This document shows positions 46,869-56,793 of a stretch of DNA of 64,000 nucleotides, piece by piece. Numbering within the stretch: the stretch's first letter is position 1; each line of letters opens with the position of its first letter. A model generated the notes under the pieces. The model had not been told where the DNA came from, did not search any database, and saw only the letters and a program-made list of their open reading frames with translations. The DNA is from Pseudomonadota bacterium (GTDB lineage Bacteria > Pseudomonadota > Alphaproteobacteria > Paracaedibacterales > JAKBAR01): assembly GCA_021808925.1 (NCBI GenBank), contig JAKBAR010000002.1, positions 5,922-69,921 on the forward strand. The letters run 5' to 3'. The position numbers and the translations under genes were made by a program.

Positions 46869-48951
46869 GGGTCACCTTCTTTTGATCATCATTGTTGCCC
46901 CCTTTTTGTTTAAGCTGAAGAGAGCATGACGCCATAATTTTAGAATTTTTAGCAATGACATTGTCCATATAAAAATCGCTCACAGGCATTGCAAAAGGTC
47001 GATTGCTCAATTTTGCCTTTGCCAAACGCTCATCCACGATGGGCTGATAATGCGGGCACATCATCCCATCGGTTGCGAAAAGGGGATAGTCTTTTTGAAG
47101 GTGTTGATGTAATTCCGCACGATGATTAAAGGGAAGGGCCTGACCACACATCTGTGACAGTACCCGTAAAATACGCCAATCTTCCTTTGCTTCTCCAGGT
47201 GCTTGAACAGCCTGACATGTTTGTTGAATACGCCCCTCGAGGTTGACATAAAGTGCATTTTTTTCCGTATACGCACACCCCGGCAGAATCACATCCGCCG
47301 CATTGGCCCCCTCATCCCCATGATGGCCCTGGTAAATCATAAAAGTATTTTGAAGACGACTAAAGTTAAGACAATCCGCCCCTAAGATATACGCTACCTT
47401 CAAATGATGCGCTTCAGAAGCTTCATACATCCCCTCCAAACTCAATCCCTTTTCACCCGGTAGAAAACCTACATCAAAGGCCCCCACCCTTGCCGCAGAA
47501 AGAGATAAAACATTATAGCCGTTCCAGTCATCCCGAATGATTTTGTGTGTCAGGCAAAAAGATTTAACAAGGTGTTCGATTTTATCCGCATCCGCATGCG
47601 TGAAAACAGCTTCGCCCAAAAGAATCATCGGTTTTTTCGCTGTAATTAATTTTTGTGTAAAGGGATGCTGAGCCTCACGCAAAAATTCAAGGGCAGTAGG
47701 TTTGTCGCCCAAATGCTCATATGTATACGTGAGATCCACAGCCTCTCCCACAAGTCCCACAGAAAAGTCGCCACTCCATGAGCGTTTTTTAAGACGCGCA
47801 TTGACAAGAGACGCCTCAAGCCTTGGGTTAGCACCAATTATAAGACAGACATCCGCCTGCTCGGTCCCTGCAATCGTTGTGTTAAAAAGATAGTCAGAAC
47901 GACTCTGAGGAGTAAGTTTTGATCCATTCGCACGCGACTCTAAGTTTTCAGAACCTAGCCCCTGCATAAATTTTTTAAGCGCATACATCGCCTCAACATC
48001 ACACAAATCCCCTGTAATCGCGGCGATCTCAGACGCCTTTGCCCCCTTGAACGCACCCACAACCGCGTTCAGAGCCTCATCCCACGATGCAGGCTGAAGT
48101 TTTCCTTTTTTATTGCGAATATAGGGCCTATCCAGGCGCTGATACTTAAGACCATCATAGGCAAAGCGTGTTTTATCAGAAATCCAGTCCTCATTAATGG
48201 CCTCAAACGCCCTTGGCAACACGCGCATTACCTCAAAAGGCCCCCTTGTATCAATGCGAATATGCGATCCCACCGCATCCATCACATCAATGCTTGGCGT
48301 TTTCGTAAGCTCCCAAGGCCGCCCGTGAAAGGCATACGGCTTATTTGTCAGCGCCCCCACAGGACAAATATCGATCAAATTACCCGACAGTTCTGAGGTT
48401 ATCGCCGTGTCCAAAAATGTTGTAATCTCCATGTGCTCGCCCCTGTGGAGCGTTCCAAGCTCAGAGGTTCCTGCGATTTCATGAGCAAACCGCACACACC
48501 GCGTACAATGAATACACCGTGTCATCTGTGTTTTAATGAGTGGCCCCATGTTTTTATCAGAAACAGCTCGCTTGTTCAGGTCATAGCGACTTTTGCCGCG
48601 ACCATAGCTCATCGTAATATCTTGAAGATCGCACTCTCCCCCCTGGTCACAAATAGGACAATCCAGAGGATGATTAATGAGGAGTAACTCCAGAACACCC
48701 TGACGTGCTTTTTGAACAACGTCCGTATTGGTGTGGATCACCATCCCCTCTGCCACGGGCATAGCGCAACTTGCAACAGGTTTCGGTGATTTTTCCATTT
48801 CCACGAGGCACATACGACAGTTGCCCGCAATGGAAAGTTTTGGGTGATAGCAAAAAAAAGGAACCTCAGCACCCGCTTCCTCGCATGCCTGAAGCACCGT
48901 GTACCCTTCGGGCACATCAATGGGCGAATGATTAATCGTTAGTTTGACCAT
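46861..48951 (-). CDS. nuoG: NADH-quinone oxidoreductase subunit G
   Basis: 696 aa with an N-terminal 2Fe-2S region ([18 protein letters not shown]), a [10 protein letters not shown] cluster and a molybdopterin-like domain. Confidence 0.92.
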   Translation of the reverse strand: MVKLTINHSPIDVPEGYTVLQACEEAGAEVPFFCYHPKLSIAGNCRMCLVEMEKSPKPVASCAMPVAEGMVIHTNTDVVQKARQGVLELLLINHPLDCPICDQGGECDLQDITMSYGRGKSRYDLNKRAVSDKNMGPLIKTQMTRCIHCTRCVRFAHEIAGTSELGTLHRGEHMEITTFLDTAITSELSGNLIDICPVGALTNKPYAFHGRPWELTKTPSIDVMDAVGSHIRIDTRGPFEVMRVLPRAFEAINEDWISDKTRFAYDGLKYQRLDRPYIRNKKGKLQPASWDEALNAVVGAFKGAKASEIAAITGDLCDVEAMYALKKFMQGLGSENLESRANGSKLTPQSRSDYLFNTTIAGTEQADVCLIIGANPRLEASLVNARLKKRSWSGDFSVGLVGEAVDLTYTYEHLGDKPTALEFLREAQHPFTQKLITAKKPMILLGEAVFTHADADKIEHLVKSFCLTHKIIRDDWNGYNVLSLSAARVGAFDVGFLPGEKGLSLEGMYEASEAHHLKVAYILGADCLNFSRLQNTFMIYQGHHGDEGANAADVILPGCAYTEKNALYVNLEGRIQQTCQAVQAPGEAKEDWRILRVLSQMCGQALPFNHRAELHQHLQKDYPLFATDGMMCPHYQPIVDERLAKAKLSNRPFAMPVSDFYMDNVIAKNSKIMASCSLQLKQKGGNNDDQKKVTHG

Positions 48952-48954
48952 AAT

Positions 48955-50223
48955 TTACACAGCCTCCCGCACACGCAAGCGCTCTTCCATCTCGTGGCGA
49001 AAATGACGGACAAGGCCCTGAATCGGCCATGCTGCCGCATCACCTAATGCACAAATTGTGTGTCCTTCCACCTGTTTTGTGACCTCCAATAAATCATCAA
49101 TATCTTTTGAGGTGCCACGCCCTTTAGAAATATTCACCATCATGCGCCACATCCACCCCGTTCCCTCCCGGCAAGGTGTGCACTGACCACAACTCTCATG
49201 CATATAAAACTTAGACAAACGCGCAATTGCCTTGATAATGTCTGTACTTTCATCCATCACAATCACACCGCCCGTACCAAGGCCAGAGCCCACAGCACGC
49301 AGGCTATCAAAATCCATCGTCACAGTTTCAGCAATATCTTTTGTAATAAGAGGCACCGACGATCCCCCGGGAATCACAGCCTTAAGATTATCCCATCCCC
49401 CACGCACACCCCCTGCATGTTTATCCATAAGTTCCTTGAGAGGAATCCCCATAGCTTCCTCCACATTACAAGGACGATTCACATGGCCCGAGAGACAATA
49501 AATTTTAGTCCCCGTATTATTTGGTTTTCCAATGCTTGCAAACCACTCGGCCCCACGTCGCAAAATTGTGGGCACAACGGCGATACTTTCCACATTATTC
49601 ACCGTCGTCGGGCATCCATAAAGGCCAATATTGGCAGGAAAAGGAGGCTTGAGGCGCGGCATTCCCTTGCGACCTTCGAGGCTTTCTAAAAGCGCAGACT
49701 CCTCTCCACAAATATAAGCCCCCGCCCCGCGGTGAAGAAAAAGATCAAAATCCCACCCCGCTTTGCACGCATTTTTTCCAAGAAATCCTTTGCTATACGC
49801 CTCATCAATCGCTTTTTGAAGAATCACAGCCTCATGATAAAATTCACCGCGAATATAGATATACCCCACATGCGCACCGATAGCCGTCCCCGCGATCAGC
49901 GCACCCTCAACAAGTTTGTGAGGCTCGTAGCGCAAAATATCACGGTCCTTGCACGTCCCTGGTTCACTTTCATCGGCATTAATCACAAGATAACTTGGCT
50001 TTGGGTGACTTTTAGGCATAAAGGACCATTTCATACCCGTACTAAAACCGGCCCCGCCCCTTCCTCGAAGGCCTGAAGCTTTTACGTGTTCAATGATTGT
50101 CTCGCGCCCCAAGGCTAAGATTTTTTTTGTCTCATCCCAATCTCCGCGCGCCATAGCCGCTGTCAGAAAAGGAGAGTCCTCTCCGCTCAGATTTGTAAAA
50201 ATACGATCTTTGGCATTAAGCAT
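48955..50223 (-). CDS. nuoF: NADH-quinone oxidoreductase subunit F
   Basis: 422 aa with [13 protein letters not shown] (FMN), [19 protein letters not shown] and [12 protein letters not shown]. Confidence 0.93.
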   Translation of the reverse strand: MLNAKDRIFTNLSGEDSPFLTAAMARGDWDETKKILALGRETIIEHVKASGLRGRGGAGFSTGMKWSFMPKSHPKPSYLVINADESEPGTCKDRDILRYEPHKLVEGALIAGTAIGAHVGYIYIRGEFYHEAVILQKAIDEAYSKGFLGKNACKAGWDFDLFLHRGAGAYICGEESALLESLEGRKGMPRLKPPFPANIGLYGCPTTVNNVESIAVVPTILRRGAEWFASIGKPNNTGTKIYCLSGHVNRPCNVEEAMGIPLKELMDKHAGGVRGGWDNLKAVIPGGSSVPLITKDIAETVTMDFDSLRAVGSGLGTGGVIVMDESTDIIKAIARLSKFYMHESCGQCTPCREGTGWMWRMMVNISKGRGTSKDIDDLLEVTKQVEGHTICALGDAAAWPIQGLVRHFRHEMEERLRVREAV

Positions 50224-50803
50224 CTGTTTTTACCTTTTTTGTCGATGTTTTTTTGACCGATGCTTTTTTTATAGATTTTTCTTCTTGCTCTGATGATTTT
50301 TGAGATAATGCGGGCAACCCTTCCTTGGCACAGGTTTTTAAAAGCGCCACAACGGATTTCTCATCAAGATTTTCAAAATAAGTATCATTAATTTGCACCA
50401 CGGGCGCATTCACACAGGCACCAAGGCACTCGACTTCTTCAAGGCTAAAAAGGCCATCGCCCGTGACCTCTTTCATGCCCACCCCTAAATGCTTTTTGCA
50501 TGCATCGCGCACAGACTCTGCCCCCCTCAGCCAACAAGGTGTCGTTCCACACACCTGTATATGATAGGTCCCCACAGGTTCAAGGTGATACATGGAATAA
50601 AAACTCGCCACCTCATGCACTTTAAGCACAGGAATATGCAACACATTCGCCACCGCCTCCAGCGCTTCATAAGAAAGCCAGCCACCGTTTTGACGTTGCG
50701 CAAGATCGAGAAGAGGCAACAGCGCACTTTGCGAACGATCGCTTGGGTATTTTTTTAAATGCTCCGCAACACGTACTTGATTTTCTGGACTAAAAGCGAA
50801 CAT
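50216..50803 (-). CDS. nuoE: NADH-quinone oxidoreductase subunit E
   Basis: 2Fe-2S ligand regions VCGTTPC and [10 protein letters not shown]. Lys/Ser-rich C-terminal tail. Confidence 0.9.
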   Translation of the reverse strand: MFAFSPENQVRVAEHLKKYPSDRSQSALLPLLDLAQRQNGGWLSYEALEAVANVLHIPVLKVHEVASFYSMYHLEPVGTYHIQVCGTTPCWLRGAESVRDACKKHLGVGMKEVTGDGLFSLEEVECLGACVNAPVVQINDTYFENLDEKSVVALLKTCAKEGLPALSQKSSEQEEKSIKKASVKKTSTKKVKTDA

Positions 50804-51987
50804 TAGCGATCAATTTCCCCAAAAACAATATCCATAGAGCCGACAATAGCCACAAGATCTGATAATAAAAAGCCCTTTGAAACCCACTCCGTTGACTGCA
50901 GAAAGGGAAAACCGGGTGCACGGATTTTACAACGGTAAGGTCTGTTGGAGCCATCAGCAACGAGATACACCCCAAACTCACCCTTCGGCGCCTCAACACA
51001 GGCATACACATCCCCCACAGGCACGTGAAAACCCTCCGTATAGAGTTTAAAATGATGGATCATCGCCTCCATCGAGGATTTCATATCGGCACGCTTTGGC
51101 GGCACTACTTTTGGATTATTCACAGCAATAGGCCCTTTAGGCATTTTCTCAAGGCACTGGCGAACGATTTTTAAAGACTCCCGCATCTCAGCCACACGGA
51201 CAAGATAACGATCATAACAATCCCCGTGGAGCCCTATTGGAATCTCAAAGTCAAGATCACTATAAACCTCATAAGGCTGTGCCCGGCGCAAATCCCACGG
51301 CACACCACTGGCACGAAGCATGGGCCCTGTGAAGCCCCATTCAATGGCTTGATCTTTGCTCACCACACCAATATCCACAGTGCGCTGTTTAAAAATGCGA
51401 TTATGAGTGACAACATTTTCCATATCCTCCACCATGGAAGGAAACGTCTCACAAAAAAGACCGATCTCCTCTAGCAGGCTTTCGGGTAAATCCTGATGCA
51501 CGCCCCCCGGCCTAAAGTAAGCCGCATGAAAGCGCGCACCACAGGCTTGCTCATAGAAATTGAGAATTTTTTCCCGCTCCTCAAAGGCCCATAAAAACGG
51601 GGTAAGCCCGCCTACGTCAATAATAAACGTTGTAATGTTAAGAAGGTGATTCGCAATCCGGGTCAGTTCTGAAAAAAGCACACGGATATATTGAGCCCGA
51701 AGGGGAATCTCAAGAGCCAACAGCTTTTCAATAGCGAGCACAAAGGCATGTTCTTGGTTCATCGGCGATACATAATCAAGACGATCAAAATACGGCAACG
51801 CCTGCAAATATGTTTTATGCTCAATAAGTTTTTCTGTGCCTCTATGCAAAAAACCAATATGGGGATCCGCACGCTCAACCACCTCGCCGTCAAGCTCAAG
51901 AACAAGGCGGAGCACGCCATGGGTCGCGGGGTGTTGAGGACCAAAGTTCAGCGTATAGTTTTGCTTGTCTTCTTTTTGCTGACTCAT
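50803..51987 (-). CDS. nuoD: NADH-quinone oxidoreductase subunit D
   Basis: 394 aa with [22 protein letters not shown] and RIANHLL. Confidence 0.93.
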   Translation of the reverse strand: MSQQKEDKQNYTLNFGPQHPATHGVLRLVLELDGEVVERADPHIGFLHRGTEKLIEHKTYLQALPYFDRLDYVSPMNQEHAFVLAIEKLLALEIPLRAQYIRVLFSELTRIANHLLNITTFIIDVGGLTPFLWAFEEREKILNFYEQACGARFHAAYFRPGGVHQDLPESLLEEIGLFCETFPSMVEDMENVVTHNRIFKQRTVDIGVVSKDQAIEWGFTGPMLRASGVPWDLRRAQPYEVYSDLDFEIPIGLHGDCYDRYLVRVAEMRESLKIVRQCLEKMPKGPIAVNNPKVVPPKRADMKSSMEAMIHHFKLYTEGFHVPVGDVYACVEAPKGEFGVYLVADGSNRPYRCKIRAPGFPFLQSTEWVSKGFLLSDLVAIVGSMDIVFGEIDR

Positions 51988-52655
51988 GTCAAAGACTCCT
52001 TTCCATGCTTTGCACGAGTCTCTTGTGCTACGTCAACTGCTTTTTCGTCACCGGGAAGCGTATACCCTCCCAAAGCTCCTTCGAGCATTCCCTCCCAAGG
52101 ACTTATTGCATCAAAAACACGAAAAGCTTGGGGTAAAATGACGGGCTCATAGACTACTTTTTGAGCAATATCGTCATAGCGCACCTCGTAATAACCTGTG
52201 AGAGGAAAATCTTTGCGCAAAGGGTGCCCCTCAAAATTATAGTCCGTCAGAATACGCCTAAGATCGGGATGCCCTGAAAATGTAATCCCAAAAAGATCAA
52301 AAACCTCACGCTCGTACCAATTTGCTGCCTCAAAAACAGAGGTAATCGATGGCACTGATTCTCCATCACTCACAGAAACTTTCATGCGCAGACGTTTATT
52401 ATAATCCATGCTCAAAAAATGATACACCATCTCGAAACGCTTTTCACGCTCAGGATAATCCACAGCCGTGATATCAATAAGCTGACTAAAAAGACAGTCA
52501 TGATGATCCCTTAAAAAGGTCACACACCGCACGAGCTGATCTTTAGATGCTAAAGTTACGGCGAACTCACCCAATGTAAATTCGCACGCCGTACACGCGT
52601 CCTTCAAAAGATCTGTCACACGCACGTAAAATTCTTGATCCACAGATGTCATCAT
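51984..52655 (-). CDS. nuoC: NADH-quinone oxidoreductase subunit C
   Basis: [28 protein letters not shown]. The start is set at ATG 52655, 2 nt after the nuoB stop. The longer track ORF would overlap nuoB by 88 nt. Confidence 0.88.
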   Translation of the reverse strand: MMTSVDQEFYVRVTDLLKDACTACEFTLGEFAVTLASKDQLVRCVTFLRDHHDCLFSQLIDITAVDYPEREKRFEMVYHFLSMDYNKRLRMKVSVSDGESVPSITSVFEAANWYEREVFDLFGITFSGHPDLRRILTDYNFEGHPLRKDFPLTGYYEVRYDDIAQKVVYEPVILPQAFRVFDAISPWEGMLEGALGGYTLPGDEKAVDVAQETRAKHGKESLT

Positions 52656-52657
52656 TG

Positions 52658-53170
52658 CTACGACCTCGCAAAGACTGTGCGATTTTGAATTTTTTGCCTT
52701 AAAAGCAAAATACCATAAAGCAATGCCTCCGCCGTGGGAGGACACCCGGGCACATACACATCCACAGGAATAATACGATCACACCCCCTCACAACCGAAT
52801 AGGAATAATGATAGTATCCCCCGCCATTTGCACAACTTCCCATCGAAATGACATAGCGCGGATCAGGCATTTGGTCATAAACTTTGCGCAGTGCTGGCGC
52901 CATTTTATTGGTAAGGGTCCCCGCTACAATCATCACATCTGATTGACGCGGACTTGGCCTGAAAAAAGAGCCAAACCGATCAAGGTCATAGCGACTCGCC
53001 GCCGTATGCATCATTTCAACGGCGCAACAGGCCAACCCAAAGGTCATGGGCCACAAAGAATTGCTCTGTGCCCATCCGGCAAGCTTATCAAGGTTTGTCA
53101 AAAGAAACCCCTGATCTTTGAACTGCTCGCGCATTTCTTTTGGAAGGGCCACTGCTTGTGGAGCTGTCAT
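52658..53170 (-). CDS. nuoB: NADH-quinone oxidoreductase subunit B
   Basis: 170 aa with [19 protein letters not shown] and GCPP (N2 cluster ligands). SD gaggtagga upstream. Confidence 0.93.
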   Translation of the reverse strand: MTAPQAVALPKEMREQFKDQGFLLTNLDKLAGWAQSNSLWPMTFGLACCAVEMMHTAASRYDLDRFGSFFRPSPRQSDVMIVAGTLTNKMAPALRKVYDQMPDPRYVISMGSCANGGGYYHYSYSVVRGCDRIIPVDVYVPGCPPTAEALLYGILLLRQKIQNRTVFARS

Positions 53171-53325
53171 TGTTAAGTATCCTACCTCAATCCGTTTTTT
53201 ATCTTATCACTTATTTAGAACAGAAGAATCCTAAAATTTCATTAATCATTGCAAAAATTTTAAAACACTTAAATCTAAAATCATTTTTTCTCAGCGACCC
53301 AATAAAACTTAAGACAATGAAAACT

Positions 53326-54015
53326 CTAAAGTTTTGAATGAAACCCAATGTGAAATCCAAGATAAAACATCAAATCATTGACTGACATTTTTTTCACAGG
53401 TTTTTCAGGCTCAGCCTCCCCATTTTTATTATCCACCTGCTTTTCTTTTTCAAGGATTTTTGGCGTCGTACCTTCAGGCATATCCCTTTTTTCAACGAAA
53501 AAAATATCGTTAAGCGCGATAAATGATTTCAAAAAAATGAGCATAAGCTCAAGAGGTGGCTCCACAGCCTTTGTCGGGGCCATCTCGATTTGAGGCATAT
53601 TCTTTTTCTCCCCCTCATCTCTTTGCTTGATAAGATGGAGCATATATTCCTCAACAGCCTTGTCCTCATTATAAGGGTATTTCCGTTTAAGAACCTCGAG
53701 AGTCGGCGCCTTTTCCTTAAAAAGCACCTCAAGATTTTCTTGTGTGCGATGGAGTTGATTCAGTTGAGTGATGTTGAGAAGTTTTTTTCTATAGTTATGC
53801 TTAAGGATTGTATCGATACCCTCAAGTTTCTCCTTAAGATGCCACCACCTCAGATTCCCCCAAGGCGATTTTTCTAAAGCTTTGTGCTCCAGTGGATTGA
53901 TATGACTCGCGCACGCACAGCCGATGCTGATTAAGATGCTGATTAAAAAAAGAACGATAGCATGACGCATTTGAGAAAATTTTATTAAAAAGAACTTCTC
54001 AGAACATCTTAGCAT
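53326..54015 (-). CDS. exported hypothetical protein (possible lipoprotein)
   Basis: 229 aa. An internal ATG at 53970 gives MRHAIVLFLISILISIGCACA. Lys/Glu-rich helical body. No family recognised. Confidence 0.5.
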   Translation of the reverse strand: MLRCSEKFFLIKFSQMRHAIVLFLISILISIGCACASHINPLEHKALEKSPWGNLRWWHLKEKLEGIDTILKHNYRKKLLNITQLNQLHRTQENLEVLFKEKAPTLEVLKRKYPYNEDKAVEEYMLHLIKQRDEGEKKNMPQIEMAPTKAVEPPLELMLIFLKSFIALNDIFFVEKRDMPEGTTPKILEKEKQVDNKNGEAEPEKPVKKMSVNDLMFYLGFHIGFHSKL

Positions 54016-54080
54016 CCATTCTCAACAGGTAAAGAGAGAAAAAATGAGGGATAGCCGCAACCATCCCCTATTCATGAGAT

Positions 54081-54707
54081 TTAGTTTTTATGAATACCAC
54101 CCCCCTTAGAATCTTCAAGGAAGCTCTTTTGGCTCTTGACAAGCCTCTCATAAATTTTGTTAAGCAGTTCTGCTTTTATTTTCGGCAGAATCTTTTCCTC
54201 AAAGAAATGCTTATCTTCGTTCGCAAGATTTTCGTCAATGATACCCGCTACATCCTTAAGCTCCCCTTTTTTGCCGTCAACAATTTCATCAAGAACCGTT
54301 TGAACGGCTTCCTTCGCCGATTCTTGATTCAAAATTTCGAGATTATTTGCGTAATTCTCTTTTTCATTTAGGGGCATAGAGTTATATTCTTCTTTAAAAA
54401 ACGGCCCCTCATTTGTATTTCTTTGATTTCGCAGTGCCTTATAAACAGGATCTTTACCATTGTATTTTCTATCGTTCTCTATTTGCTCCTCAAGGCTTTT
54501 GACAAGGCGATTAACAATTGTATATGTATCAACCTTTTGCGTTTCTTCCTGAGTATCTTCACCTTCTACGATCTCCCTCGCAAAAGAGTCATTCGTAAAT
54601 GCAGGCAAAAGAAAACAAGTTAGCATAAGTATTCTTTTATGGAGCAATCTCCTATAATTTAAATTTAAAAATATATACCTACATTCTATAACATAAGAAG
54701 TTAACAA
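54081..54707 (-). CDS. exported hypothetical protein
   Basis: 208 aa with a signal-like segment MLTCFLLPAFTNDSFA (start uncertain) and an acidic helical body. No family recognised. Confidence 0.5.
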   Translation of the reverse strand: MLTSYVIECRYIFLNLNYRRLLHKRILMLTCFLLPAFTNDSFAREIVEGEDTQEETQKVDTYTIVNRLVKSLEEQIENDRKYNGKDPVYKALRNQRNTNEGPFFKEEYNSMPLNEKENYANNLEILNQESAKEAVQTVLDEIVDGKKGELKDVAGIIDENLANEDKHFFEEKILPKIKAELLNKIYERLVKSQKSFLEDSKGGGIHKN

Positions 54708-54829
54708 CCAGTAAATAAAATGCTCAAAATATTATTTTTTTTATTGATCATCCTCCCTCGACCAGAAACAGGTCGCATTATGCGCCAATCGTCGTTATAT
54801 ATAGTAAAAAAATATCTTTTGATTCTTTG

Positions 54830-56197
54830 ATGAAAATTGCGCTTATTGGCCGCCCGAATGTGGGCAAATCGACCTTGTTTAATCGTCTCACAGGGCGCAA
54901 GCTTGCTCTTGTTCATGACCGCCCCGGTGTCACACGCGATCGGCGCTATGGCGATGCAAAGCTCTATGACCTGACCTTTCACATTATTGATACGGCCGGC
55001 CTTGCGGATCCAGACGATTCGGCCCTGACACAATCGATGTATGCACAAACAAAAAAAGCGATTGAAGAGGCGGATGTTCTTCTTTTTATGATTGATGGCC
55101 GCACACCTTGTAACCCTTATGATATTGACCTTGGGCGCCTTATGAGGGCTTATCACAAACCTCTTTGTGTGCTTGCCAATAAAGTGGAGAGTCATGATCA
55201 TATTGAGGGCGTAATTGACGCTGCACGCCTTGGCTTTGAAAATATTATTAGTATTTCTGCAGAGCATGGCCTTGGGATGGATGATCTTTATGACTTTCTA
55301 AGCCCCCTTATCCCAAAAACAAGTGAAAATGAAGAAAAAGCAGCGCCCCCCCTTCATCTGGCGATTATGGGACGCCCGAATGTCGGCAAATCCACACTTA
55401 TTAATGCGCTCCTTAGGGAGGAACGACAACTTACAGGCGATATGCCAGGCCTAACGCGAGATGCAATTCGTATTGAGTGGACCTATAAAGATCGTACGAT
55501 ACAGCTGATTGACACAGCAGGCATTCGGCGTATGGCCCGCATTGATGACTCGGTCGAGCATTTGTCCGTGCAAGATGCACGCAAAGCCTTGCAATATGCA
55601 GAGTGTGTTATCCTTGTGATTGACTGCACCCAGGCCCTTGAAAAACAAGATTTATCCCTTGCGTATGAAATTTATAACGAAGGGCGCGCCATGGTGATTG
55701 CGCTCAATAAGTGGGATCTTATTCCATTAAAAGAACAGCCTGCGTTTTTAAAAAATATTCAACACAAACTCACGCATCAGTTAGCTCAAGCTAAGGAAAT
55801 TCCTTTCATAGGGATAAGTGCTACGAAAAATCAGGGCCTTGGCAAACTTATGGATGCCGTCCTCAGAATGGATATGATGTGGAACAAGCGCATTTCCACG
55901 GCAAAGTTGAATGAGTGGCTCCGCGATGTTGTCGAACATCATCCAGCTCCCGCTGTGAACGGACGCCGCATTCGCCCAAAATATATCACTCAGGCCAAGT
56001 CTCGCCCGCCGACCTTTATTCTTTTTTGCTCTCAGGCAGAAAAACTTCCTGAATCCTACACACGCTATCTCACCAACAATCTGCGCATCAGTTTTAATAT
56101 CGAGGGCGTGCCGATTCGCTTTTGGGTACGTGGTCAAAAAAATCCCTATGATGGAAGGCGTAATGAGGACAAACAAAAGGACAAAAGAAAAAAATAA
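54830..56197 (+). CDS. der: ribosome-biogenesis GTPase Der (EngA)
   Basis: Two tandem G domains (GRPNVGKSTLFN twice; DTAG twice; NKVE/NKWD), a KH-like C-terminus and a Lys-rich tail. Confidence 0.92.
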   Translation: MKIALIGRPNVGKSTLFNRLTGRKLALVHDRPGVTRDRRYGDAKLYDLTFHIIDTAGLADPDDSALTQSMYAQTKKAIEEADVLLFMIDGRTPCNPYDIDLGRLMRAYHKPLCVLANKVESHDHIEGVIDAARLGFENIISISAEHGLGMDDLYDFLSPLIPKTSENEEKAAPPLHLAIMGRPNVGKSTLINALLREERQLTGDMPGLTRDAIRIEWTYKDRTIQLIDTAGIRRMARIDDSVEHLSVQDARKALQYAECVILVIDCTQALEKQDLSLAYEIYNEGRAMVIALNKWDLIPLKEQPAFLKNIQHKLTHQLAQAKEIPFIGISATKNQGLGKLMDAVLRMDMMWNKRISTAKLNEWLRDVVEHHPAPAVNGRRIRPKYITQAKSRPPTFILFCSQAEKLPESYTRYLTNNLRISFNIEGVPIRFWVRGQKNPYDGRRNEDKQKDKRKK

Positions 56198-56287
56198 AAA
56201 TTTTTGGAAAAATATTAACCTTTTGTTAACTTTTCCTGCTCTCTCATAAAACTGTTGGATTTATCTTTTAACAGAAAGGGTGGTTTT

Positions 56288-56737
56288 ATGAAAAAACTTT
56301 ACCTCATCACATTTCTATCCTTAGGGCTCCTCAGTAGCCCCGTGACCACAGCTTTTGCAAGCACCTTTGAGGATGATGTATTAAAAGAAAACAAAGAAGA
56401 GAAGAAGAGGAAGAGTTTTGTAAACTTCCAGCCCGTAGCTCATGCATTCACGGTCGATCCATATTATAAATTCGAAGGCGTTATCAAGGAAGTATCCGTT
56501 AACGAGTCTTCCGATTATAATAAGCCTTTTGGTATAATAGTATCCTTTGAAGATGGCAGAATTTTTAAGAATATTGTTGGAACGCCCTATGCAGGTACTT
56601 CTTTAGACCTCAGAAACCAAGAGAATAAATCTGAGACCTTAGTCCTACTTTACGACAAATATTCCGTAATAGCATTTGATGGTCAGGCAAAAGTATTTGA
56701 AAACCTCTTAAAATGTCATTTGGGTGTTAACGACTAA
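56288..56737 (+). CDS. secreted hypothetical protein
   Basis: An ATG at 56288 gives the signal peptide MKKLYLITFLSLGLLSSPVTTAFA. SD-like aaagggtgg upstream. Confidence 0.6.
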   Translation: MKKLYLITFLSLGLLSSPVTTAFASTFEDDVLKENKEEKKRKSFVNFQPVAHAFTVDPYYKFEGVIKEVSVNESSDYNKPFGIIVSFEDGRIFKNIVGTPYAGTSLDLRNQENKSETLVLLYDKYSVIAFDGQAKVFENLLKCHLGVND

Positions 56738-56743
56738 TCACGC

Positions 56744-56769
56744 AGGTGCCTCCCCCGACAGAGGCACCT
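56744..56769. terminator. stem-loop between convergent genes
   Basis: aggtgcctc-ccccgaca-gaggcacct, a perfect 9-bp stem. No clear U tract on either side. Confidence 0.5.
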
Positions 56770-56793
56770 CACTCATAATCCTTATAAAAAAAA

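Noticed and set aside
52656-52745. A 30-codon N-terminal extension of nuoC in the track ORF, overlapping nuoB by 88 nt.
   Set aside because: The extension has no NuoC similarity. The ATG at 52655 lies 2 nt after the nuoB stop, matching the tight coupling seen at every other nuo junction. The same logic applies to nuoM (42539-42562).
53171-53325. Searched the nuoB upstream gap for a nuoA remnant or a short hidden ORF.
   Set aside because: All six frames are closed by multiple stops, and there is no hydrophobic three-helix pattern. It is treated as a promoter or leader region, and the absence of nuoA is reported as a finding.
54701-55267. A 188-aa minus-strand ORF overlapping the 5' third of der.
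   Set aside because: It is antisense to a gene with unmistakable tandem GTPase motifs. No independent support.
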